Shown here: positions 39,101 through 51,200 of the stretch, one piece after another
Layout of the letters: each line of letters begins with the position of its first letter
How positions within the stretch are numbered: position 1 is the stretch's first letter
DNA from: Octopus bimaculoides
Taxonomy: Eukaryota
Assembly: GCF_001194135.2 (NCBI RefSeq)
Contig: NC_068983.1
Span: 124,037,742-124,101,741 of the forward strand
Direction: 5' to 3'
DNA: 64,000 nucleotides
The notes under the pieces: generated by a model
What the model saw: the letters and a program-made list of their open reading frames with translations, nothing else
Told to the model about the DNA's origin: nothing
Database searches by the model: none
Position numbers and translations under genes: made by a program

Positions 39101-42100
39101 TCTGATCCTGGTGTAACTGGCTTTGCTTCAGATGTAACCAATTGAGAATTTGTCTCTTCCTGTTGAAATTCTGTCTCACAATCTTGTTTGTTTTGTTGCA
39201 TGAATGTTTGATGCAATGTATCTTGAATTTCTGACAAAGATCTATGAGAATTACCCATTTCAACATCATCCACATCTGAAACAGAATCCTGAAGTTTAAC
39301 ATCATGAATAGGCTGAATATTTTGCTCCAGTTCATGTTGCAAACCAGCCTGTGACTCTGGAGAGAAACCTGCTTTGGTGTCTGGCAACACAAGTTGTTGT
39401 ACACCTTCTTGTTGCCCTGGTAAAAGTAGAACATCCTGTGTTTCAAAGTGTTCTGACTGTTCAGTTTGCTCAATTGTTGTTGGTTGAAATAATACCTGTT
39501 CATAGCTTTGTGCTGTTGATAAATCTTGTGAAGTACTTGTTTCCTCGTTCCATAACTGACTATCTTTTGATATTTCTGGTTGTTCTTTATCTTCAAATGA
39601 TTGGCATGGAAGTGGAGGAGATTGCTGAGATGTATTAGAAGGACGTGGAGAAGATACCAAACACTCTGAAGGATCAGTTTGAGTTGAACATAATTGTTGA
39701 TCTTGCTCTTCACTTGTTTGCTGGAGTACTTTACTTTCAGAATTACTCTGCAATTGTGATTGTACGTCATCACCATCATTACTTACAGGAAGATTAGTAG
39801 TTGCAGAATCAGGTAATTCTTCAGGTTCTTGGTGTTTCTCCACCAGCTTTTCTTTTTCTATTAATTGGGCTAAAAAAAGAACAAAACAATTTGCAATCAA
39901 ATATATTAGTACATTTATATGACAAAAAATGGTCTGAAATAAAATATAATGTACATTCCCTGAGAGTAGTTGATAACACTTGCTACCAAGGTGATATAAT
40001 TTGCAGGTTATATATACATATGAGGAAGGATTGCACATTTGCTTTTGCATGTATACATAAATGTTTACATGTAAGTGTGTGTGAGAGAGAGAGATCATTA
40101 TTCCTCATCATTTAACATCTTAATACCCATCTTCCATACTGGCATGGGTTAAATGGCTCAACAGGATCCAACGAGCAAGAAGACTGCAGTGAGCTTCATA
40201 GTCTACTTTGGCATAGTTTCTGCCACATTGAATTCCATTTGATCCATGTGAGCATGGAAAAGAGTAAACAATATGTTTGATATAACACAATAATTGTAAA
40301 TGAGCATCAGTGTTATACAAGCATTGTTATTCATTTCTAATCTAATGTGGAAACATGTCCAGCCATAGGAAAAAATAATTTGCATGGAAGAAAGTGAAGG
40401 TTAGTGACTGGAAGCCATAGAAAATCTACTTCAGCAAATTTCGCCTGAACAAGTATGGAAATGGGGATGTTAAAATAAAGATGATTATATTTTTATATGT
40501 ATATCTGAGTGAGTGAGAGTGTATGTGTACATTGATGTGTGTGGGTACATGATGATACACATGTATATGTGCATATATAAATGTTCATATGCATATATGT
40601 AAGTACATGTGTTTTTATTCATATTGTTCATCATCATTGTTCCTTTATTTTTACATCCGTTTTTCCATATATGGGATAAACAAATACATTAGTAAGGCTA
40701 TTTTTTTTTACAGCCAAATGCTTTTCCTGTCACTAACCCATACCTATTTTACACATACAAGATCTCATATTTCACATGTCTTCAAAGACAAAGTCAGCAA
40801 GCAATTTGGTGATGGGGAAAACGATAATTATGTCGCTCAGCAATTTTTAGAAGTGCAAATGTAAGCAAACACATAGACATACATATATGACAGGCATCTT
40901 TCAGTTTCTCTCTACTAAATCTACTCACAAAACATTGGTTAGTTTGTAGCAATAGCAGAAGACACTCGGTCATATAATTATATTTGTGTGTTTATATAAA
41001 CAAGATGTATATGTAAAACATAAGTGTGATTGTCAAATAAGAGATGAGAGCACTCAACATCAGATTGTTAGTGTAATGTAAAATAATTAACAAGAAATGC
41101 CAAGAATCACATCATAAAATTATATCATAACAACATAATAAACTCATCAGGCATATTAAACAATCTGGATTTGTTGTTATTAAACAAAAACTATTAGAAC
41201 AAAAGGTCTATTCTAGTTTACAAACAGTCCTTGATATGACCTATTCAATTTACAACCATCTGCAGTTACAACCTTTTTTACATTTCTCCACATACACATA
41301 TTTTTTCTTGGCATTCATCTTAGTTCAGCACTCAAATTCAGATATTCCAATATCTGTGCTCAAGCAATATTTTCAAGTGTTTGTTAGCTCACTTTCTCCA
41401 AAGATCATTTATACTTCAGCATTCACATTGCTTATAAGCTATTTTATAAGATCCTCAAGTTTTATTACCCCAAATATATCTTGCAAAAGGAAGCTCGTCC
41501 ATCTAGCAAAATACCAGGCAAGAAACAGAACTTGATCTGAAGGTTAAAATTTAAATTATCAACACAAACGTGAGAAAAAAATAAATGCAATCCTACATGA
41601 TTTGCAGTTGTTTAAATTCAATGATCTCCATTATTATTAAAAATGGCGGTGAGCTGGCAGAATTATTATAGTGCACCGGACAAAATACTTAGCAGTATTT
41701 CACCTGACACTATGTTCTGAGTTCAAATTCCACAGAGGTCAACTTTGCCTTTCATCCTTTCGGGGTCCATAAATTAAGTACCGGTGAAACACTCAGGTCA
41801 ACGTAATCAACTAGACCCTTTCCCCCAAATTTCAGGCCTTGTGTCTTTAGTAGAATGGATTATTAAAAAGCACTAAGAAAAGTTTTAAATGCAGCAAAAG
41901 GTACAGCTATATGCAGTTAACAATAATAATAAAGGACAACAATCTATCATCAAAATAGAGAAATTGTTCATGATCTGGACCAAAATTTAAACATAAAAAT
42001 GTGTACCTAAAACCCTACTAATAATTTAAGCTAAGACAAAAAGCATTTTTGTGACTTTGAAGAAATGAACGAGACGGAGATGCAGATAATTTAATCACTT

Positions 42101-45100
42101 CAAAATAATAAATCATCTCTCTACATAATGTCTAAGTAATAGTGGAAGCAGCAAGCATGGGATGAATTATCAGGAGAAAAGTATTGTATTGGCTGGCACT
42201 TAAGACGCACTACTATTTTACAAGTATATTTTGTGGAAAAAACAAATTTAATATGTTTCAACATACACTTATTGGAAGATATTTTGAGGCAATTTTATAG
42301 GGAAAAATGTACAATTCTGCATGTGTAAATACATTGACAGGAAACTAGAATAAAGTATGAAACTATGATAGTACCGTATTTCAACTTTATCTTCTTTCAA
42401 ATCAACTATAGTTGTTAATAGTTTGGTCAAGAGAATTACCATACAGGATGTGAAAGTTGTATTTCTGACAATGAATTGTTATGTAACCACCAATAGACAC
42501 CAGGGTGGTTGCACCACAGCTATGATTTTGTTGTCATCCACTAACTGAAAATAACTGACAAGTAGATGAAAACTGAACATTCTTTTCATCTTTCTAAGAA
42601 AATTTTTCCACTTAGATAAATTAAGAATGCTTCTTAAAGGTAATACAGACATTAAATAATGTAATCCACATCTCACATGAGGGTTATGTATATTGAGGAA
42701 GAAGGTACAATGAGATAATGTGACTGACCCACATGACTGCCAACATACTACATGCAATTTTTTGTAAGTTTATGCTAACAGATTGTGATAATTTGACTTG
42801 CTTACAATATTTTATCATGAGTAACAATTATTGTGCTTGGCAGACTTATGCTCATCCAGCTCCCTAAATTACGACACTCAGTCTTCCATCCATAATACAG
42901 ATGCATTAGATGCAAGGCAATTTTTTGATACATTTAAAATTTTTTAAAAGTGCCTTTATATTCCATAAAATATGGTATATTTAACAGAAAAAGATATTCA
43001 ACATGGACAAGACCAACTGACATAGACAAAGGATATTTGAACAATTATACATACACAAAGAGGTAAACACTATGCATAGGTTTCAACATTTAAGTACCAG
43101 ATAGCTGTTATTAGAGGGGAATGTGGCTACATATAAATTTAATCCTTTTTGGTCAAATGTAAAGCATATTTATTCACATTATCTTGTAGCTTTGAGAGTT
43201 CAGTAATGCGATTGTTTCATTTTTAGAAGACATTGTAGGGTAGGTATGAGAGATCAGATCTAGCTGGTTTGAGCATAAAACAAAGAAAATATTTGGTCTG
43301 AACATGGCTGGTTTAAATGCTAAAGGGTTGAGCCTTTTCTAATCTACCACTCTTAAAACTGGTGCACATTCAACAAACAAGATCAAATAGAAAAAAGTAT
43401 GAATAATTCAAACATTGAAGACTAGTTTCTCTTTCAGTGTATATTCCAGATACAAGAGTATTGCATTGAAAAAGAAATCCTGATTTTATTTACCTTAGAT
43501 AATGCACCTGGACATCCACCCTAACTAGATGACATCCATCCATATGTAAAAATCATCTATTTGCTACCTTGTCTATCTGTCAACGGCTGAACTGAAGAGC
43601 TAAAACAACATTTAACCTTTTTTAAACCAGCCTGCCTGAACTCTCCCTGGTTCTATGATAAAGACTTTTCATTATCAAGTGATTTAAGTTGAAACCTTCC
43701 ATCAAAATTACATGTTAATTTATGTTCCAAAACACCAGCTTAATAATGACAAAGTTACTTTACAAAATTAATTGAAACAAAGGCAATATAACAGAAATAT
43801 GGTAAGAAAAGGGTTAAAGCCTTCAATCAACATTTTCCCAAGCTAAAGCATGATGAGGGTATACATTTTAGAATGTTCTAGAAAGGTTACAACATTCATC
43901 ACTGAATCACAAATATTGCAGCACTACTGGAGAATGTTAGATTTAAATTTATGAAAAGAGCACAAAAGCAGTATCGCAGACATTGTGCTAATACATTTGC
44001 CAAACATCATGTGGTACAGGTAAACAGGTGTCTTTCTCATTCATTTCCAGTCTTCCATGAAAACATGTCCAGCCATGAAGAAATATTACTTAACTAAGAA
44101 AAAGTAAAAGTTGGTGACAGAAAGGGCATCCAACCAAAGAAAATCTGCTCCAATGAATTCTAAGAGACAGCCAAGCATGGAAAAATGGACAATGATGATG
44201 ATGATAATGACAGCAATGATAATTGTGGAATTGGCTAAAATTCTTTAGTAAAGTGTAAGAATTGGATAATGGAAAATAGTTATTGGACTATATGAATCCG
44301 AAGAACTATCTACAGACTTACAAGCAGAGTGAATAAAAGAAGAAAGATAAGAAAGTTGACTAAACAAGGAATTTGTTCATTTAAAATTTCAGACATATTC
44401 TTCCATTTAAACAAAGGCCTTCACCCAATCAGAAATAATGAACTAAAACACTGAATGCCAAAAGGAATACTTAAGACACAATACATATACAAAAAATATA
44501 TATATATATTACACAAGGGCTAAAGAGAGGGGGCAAATAAAACTCAGTGCCCTTTTCAAGAAGTTTACAAGAACTTGTCCTTCAACCTCATCATTCTCAA
44601 CCCAGGAAGCAACTCTATCATTGCCAACTTATCAAGAATCCATTCTGTAAAATTTACTGGACATCACTACCAAAGGCAATATAAATTTTAAATTTTCACA
44701 GGTACAAATTTAGTACTACTACTTATCTCACAAGCTGTTCTCTCAAGCTTAATTCAGACATACTGAGGTCTGCTACTACTGCTACAGCTGTTACTAGTAA
44801 GGCTATGGGTAATTACATCTTACATGAATTTATTTCTTATTCTTACTGCCTTTTATTAATTTTCTTCTTGTACATTTGTATTGTGTGTCTTTATGAATAA
44901 CAAATTCACTTTTTTTAATCTCCTCCATCTTATACTATACTACTACTTAATAATATATAATTTCATCATAATCTGTTCACACATATACACAAACACATGT
45001 ATGAATGTATATGTGTGTCTGTGCTTATTTACATTTGTGCATCTCTGAAAACTGATGAGCTACAAAAAGTGTCATTTCTCTGTCAACAAATCATCCACTG

Positions 45101-45260
45101 GCTTTGCACCTTCAAACACTTGTGCAATAAGAGATTCCATACTTGGGAAACAGCTATGGGTTAGTGACAGGAATCTCATTCGCCTCTAAAATAATGCCTA
45201 AGTAATATTGAGCACACAAGCATGAAAACTTACACATATGTACACACACACACATCAAAT

Positions 45261-45292
<32 letters not shown>

Positions 45293-48200
45293 CAAATACA
45301 CACACACACATATATATCAAATACACACACACACACACATATATAATCATCATCATCATATAACATCTATTTTCTATGCTGGCACAAGATGGACAGTTTG
45401 ACAAAGGGTATTGACAATTGTTAAGGGCCTCCTTAACATGAAACCAATGGTAGTGTTAAATCACAAATAAAGAATCTTTATCCACCATTGCAGTGTCAAG
45501 CACTCATTCTCATTGTTCGATATTTGCATGTGTGTATATGTGTGTGTGTATTTTCCAAAAATGAGTTTAAAGGGATTATTATCCTGGCATTTACCGTATT
45601 TCCTCTTAGAAGAAAATTTACATTTAAACAACTTAAATAAACACATTACACTTAATATAATAATAAAAAATTATTATAACAACTGAGAAACCAAGAACCA
45701 AAAGATAAATCAAAAATAATAGAATACCTCTAGACTAAGAATATTCTCTTTGAAATGAGTGGAATAGTAAACTTTTAATATCAATGATAAATTTACATAT
45801 ATTAAATACAACTTCGACCAATTTTTAGGACTGTTTCGCTTCACCTACCACATTTAAAAAGTAACATTATAATTTTAAAAAGAAGGTACTATCATTTTGT
45901 TAAAATATTGAGAAACAAGAATACTTTAAAGATGAGAGACAGAAGTACCAATATAGCTAAAGTTTTATGCAAAGTAGAATAGTATATATGGTAGGCAAAT
46001 TCATTATATAAAAAATAGGCATTGGGTCAAGACTAAAAATGTGAAGACTTGGCAATAACTCAAGCAAATTTTACTGTGAATTTGTTGTTACAGATAGATT
46101 TTACTGTAATATATAACTAATTTTTGTATTATTCTATTTATTGTACTAACTAATTATGTACTACTATTATTTTATATAACCTATTTTCAAATTTCTAATT
46201 ATTAATTAATAATTAAAAAAATGAATTTTCTTAGAGTGCAAAAAATATTTTGAGTTATTTTTTATTTTTAACAGAAGTTAGAAGTAACAACTTGGAATAA
46301 AATTTTTAGTTTTAAAAGCTAACATTTTCTAAATCTAAATATTTTATTTGAAATTTTATCCTTAGCTGCAATATTTTAAGTAAAAGTTTTCTTGTTCTAT
46401 ACTTTACCAGATGTAATAACTTGTCCTGTACTTTTCCAGGTTAAGAATATTATTTCTCTTGCTTGAATTTTTCCATATAATGTGTGTGAGTGTGTGTGTA
46501 TATATATATATAATTTATTTGAAGATATAAAAACCATAGGATTATAAACTATTTTCAAAATATAACCTGAAATCCAGAGGATTGTTGTAAAACTTAAATC
46601 TGTGAAGTACAAAATCTGATATTGGCACCCACAGTCTCTATTTACATAGATTTTAATGGAATTCTGAACCTGAAATCTAAGCATCTCAAAGGTTGTTGAT
46701 GTTGGTTGAAATAATAGAGTTAGGTAAAAATGAAAATTGTGTATAACAAGGTTTGTATCAAGACAACCAAATAAAAGTATATGGATCTATTTTAAAACGG
46801 GGGCCACAGTTTTCATTAATGTTTTACGTAGTGTTTTTGGTACGGAAAGACTTTCAAATTTCGTATACTTATCTATTTTGTGTTATAGAACAGAAAAATA
46901 TTTTTGTATCCGAATTTATTTCATGTAAAAAATTGTCTTATTTCGATAATTTCTACTAATCACTGATGACTATTCAGTTGAAAACAGTTAGCGCTGTAAC
47001 GGTGTATATCGTATTAATCTCCTAACCCTAACTAGACTGTTAACCGTAACTGTAACCCTAACTCGAGAATCCGAACTCTAAAATTGTTACACACATAGAT
47101 ACGCACAGCGTAATTTATTATATAAACAATATATGCGTATAAATTACGATTAAACCGGATGAAATATGTCACAGGGAATAACATTTTTATGACCGCCCAG
47201 CAGTAATGCTTATTCAGCTGAATAGACTTCAGTGATAGGTTGAAATTACAGAAATACAACTTTAACATGGAATAACTTAGGGATTTCTTTTTTTTTTTTT
47301 AAGAAGACTAAGAGAAAAAGATGTTTTATATGACACATTCTACCAGTGTTCCAAGTTTCAAAGTGTTTCGTTAAGAAAATACTGTGGCCCCCGTTTTAAA
47401 ATAGATCCAAGTATATTTACAAACTTCTATATTTGTCAACACAATTGTTACTACTGCTATAAGTATTAGGGTTAAGGGTGGCAAAAATAGCAAAATACTG
47501 TGTGGTATTTAGTGAACCCTTATGTCCCAAGTACACATCCTACTGAATTGATCTACCCAAACCCAGTGTTTGATTTAATCAGCTGTACCCCAAACACCAA
47601 AATTTCTAGCTTTATATCTATGTTACAAATAAATGAAAACAGGTCAATTATCATAAGAAAAGGAGTAAATAATGACAGAAGAGAAGAGAACACTTTACTA
47701 AAAAACTAGAATCAGCTTTGAGTTGTTGTTTTTTCTTTTCTTTCTTTCTTTCTTTCACATACTGAATATGAGAAAAGACCACCAAGAAAATGTTGTCAAA
47801 CCTAGCAACTAGAGGCTGGCATGTAGCTGAGAGAGAAATGGAGAGAAGCTGATTCAGACAAATAAAGTGAAAAAATAAGTTGAGATAGTCATATACTTTT
47901 CAGTATTCCTCATCACTCATTTCTTTGAAGCTTGTTGATAAGGCAAATTATTTATACCTAATTTGCTCATTCAAAAGGAACAGAAGCTATTTTATAGTAG
48001 TGGTAGAAGAGATAGAGAGAAGAATTAAACTTTATTGATCACTTGAATGGCCTTTGGATGAAGTCTAGGATGTAATAATTACACAAAGTATGACAGAAAT
48101 TGCTAGGAAGTTTGCATAAACAGTAACTTCTGGATGTGTGTGTGTGTGTGTGTGTGTGGAAAGACTATCATAAGAGGCAATTGTAAATTCATATAATGTT

Positions 48201-51200
48201 TGCTTTAGAAGTCAAGAAAAGTATATTGTAAGAAATAACCGAGAAGAGACACAAAGAATATGTTCTAGCACTACACACTAATCTAGTTTTGATTTGCACA
48301 GTAAGAATGTTTAAACAATTCTGAGGAATAACTGTCAGTAAAATTTCATTTAAGTTTCTATCATACAGCCTTGTGAAAAATATTTTTCATCATGTTTATA
48401 TTTTACAAAATGGAAATTATCAGAATTTTAATTATGATTTTATTTTTTTAAATTTTAAAATGAAAATTTGACTTATTATATTTCAAGCAAGTAAACAATC
48501 AACACTAAAATCTCCATCATCATCATTTTACACCTACTCTTCCCATGCTTGCAAGGGTCAGATGGAATTTGTTAAGGCAAGATTTATTGCCAGATGCCCT
48601 CTGTTGCCAGCCCTTACCTATTTCCAGAAAAGGTATTTCCCCATGGCCAAACATGTCTTTCATGGAAGACTGGAAATGAACAATATCACTTGTATAAGTG
48701 TTGCTCATTTACATCACATGATATCAAAACAAAGTTACGCACACAATGGACTTCTTTCAGTTTCCATCTACCAAATCCACTCACAAGACCCCAGTTGGCC
48801 CAAAAGCAAGTGTCTTCCATTCAATGGGACTGAACCAAAAACCACATGGTTAGGAAGCAAGCTTTTTAAGCCACAGTGTAATATAATATTAAAACTTAAG
48901 TTAGCTAAAAGGTAATTGTAAAAAAATATTCATACTCATCTGATCGTATCATCAATTTAAAATGATTCTAAAATATATACTTTTATTCATCAACCCACCA
49001 TATCATCATTTATCCACTTTCCATGTTGGCATAGGTTAGACAAGTCGTCACAGTTTGAGCTAGATTTTGTTAGGAGTAACTGCCCCACCTCTCCCCAGTG
49101 GCCAGGGATCCATGCCTCTAGTCCATTTTCATCAGCCATTTTTTCTACAGCTGAATGTCCTTCCTAACACCAACTATTTTACAGAGTGTATTGGGTACAT
49201 TTTTCATGGCAACAGCACGAAAGAGGTTGTCAGGTTTTCAACAGGCTAAAAAGTCTTCCTAATCTTATGATATTTCTATACATTCACCAACCACTTTACA
49301 TGACACAGCACTAGAGAGATAATCGCCTTTGCCAAGACAAGAATTATGATCCTCTGAACCCTGTATTTCTGTCTCCGTTCACCTTTCACTTCACAAAATA
49401 TACTGGATGAACTTTATGGTGGCAGCTGGTGATACACTGGGAAGTAATGTTAGCTAGTAAGAGAAAGCACAATTGGATAATTGAGATGACAATGGAAAGA
49501 AAATGAATGATGGATGAGTGATCTTAGTGGGGAGGGGCATAAGCATATGTGTGGGCTTGTTTTTATATTTACACCAGTCAACACATGTCAACTGTTCATT
49601 CATGTCTTGTAACTTAGCAGTTCAGTAAAATAAGTACTAGATTTGAAATGACAGACTAAACTTGAAGCGATGCTCCAGTATTACAACCCAATAACTAAAA
49701 CCAGTAGAAGAATTCAAGCAATTTTTTTAATTTCTGTTATCTAAAGTCTTACATACTTCTTGACCATGATAAGTAGGCTCCTTGAATTTTAGGAATCATC
49801 ATCAAGCACTTTTGCTAAAATAAGGTGTTCCAGGGGCAGACTTCTAATCATAATCATATTTGGGGGGGAGGGGGGCAGTGCTGTGCTTTTACAGCTAAAT
49901 ATAATGCCAACCCTTTTAGTCACATTCTACCAAATTTTACATTTCGTTGTTATTATGCAAAAGTGTCTCATAAGTTCAAAATGTTGCTTTTTTAGAAAAC
50001 AAAAAAATAGTTTCATCATTCCATAGCAAAATTGTTGTACTACACTTTGACAATTTTTGATATTTTGGCATCTGAAGCAGTAGGAGATACGATAGTTTGA
50101 CCAAAAGAACTGGATTAGCAAGCAAAAACAAATATTGAAAAAAGTGCATTTGGCCAAATTTGGACATATGTCAGTTTAACATAATAGCAACAATTTGTTT
50201 ATACAGGTTGTCCCAAAAGTCACTATGAGTTTCAATTTTTAATAACTTCATTAACTTTACAAATAAATACATGCAATTTTGATACAATATAAAGGACATA
50301 ATGAAAATTAATATGCACACAATAGGTGCAGGAGTGGCTGTGTGGTAAGTAGATTGCTTACCAACCACATGGTTCCAGGTTCAGTCCCACTGCATGGCAC
50401 CTTGGACAAGTATCTTCTACTATAGCCTCAGGCTAACCAAAGCTTTGTGAGTGGATTTGGTAGACAGAAACTGAAAGAAGCCCGTCATATATATGTGTGT
50501 GTGTGTGTGTGTATGTATGTTTGTGTCAATATTTGCCCCGCCCCATAATTTCTTGACAAGCAATGCTGGTGCATTTGCATCCCCATAACTTAGCAGTATG
50601 GCAAATGAGACCGATAGAATAAATACTAGGCTTACAAAGAATAACTCCTGGAGTCAATTTGCTCAACTGAAGGTGGTGCTCCAACATGGCTGCAATCAAA
50701 TGACTGAAACAAGTCAAATTTTGCAACACCAATACATCACATATGAAAAATGACCGCATAAATGGCAGCCGTTTTCAGCTTCACATACCTGTTGCTCTTT
50801 CCAAAACTTGCACCATAACACCCTCAAGAGTTTCAGACACCACTTCTCTGAGTTCTCTATTTTTGTTCTCCTTCAGTTACACCAGGGCCTGCGGTTTGTT
50901 GGCGTAAACCCTCTCTTTCAAGAAAAAAATCTGGGCTAGTCAATTCTGGGAAATGTGAAGGCCAGCGACATTGCCGTGGCGGAAGATTATTCTCTCTCCA
51001 AAGCACTGCCATAGTAACTGCATTGTTTCTCTTGCGGTATGAGCAGTTGCCCTATCTTGCTGGAACCATGTGTGAGGTCTACTTTGAATGGCCTTCATGT
51101 CAACAGAGTAATCAGAGAAGTGGGCTCTGAAACTCTTGAGGGTGTTATAGTGCAAGTTTTGGAAAGAGCATAGGTATGCAAAGCTGAAAATGGCTGCCAT

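Noticed and set aside
35961-39638. Plus-strand ORFs antisense to the giant exon (for example 36381-36572, 38360-38548)
   Set aside because: Mirror products of CAA/CAG/GAA repeats; short and without independent signals.
39870-40098. 5' extension of the 1,949-aa ORF (MISLSHTHL...)
   Set aside because: It reads through (CA)/(TA)-rich intron-like sequence and a strong polypyrimidine/AG acceptor; the exon most likely starts at 39869.
46960-46990. CTGATGA...GAAAAC inside the MITE as a hammerhead
   Set aside because: No stem II or stem III pairing can be drawn.
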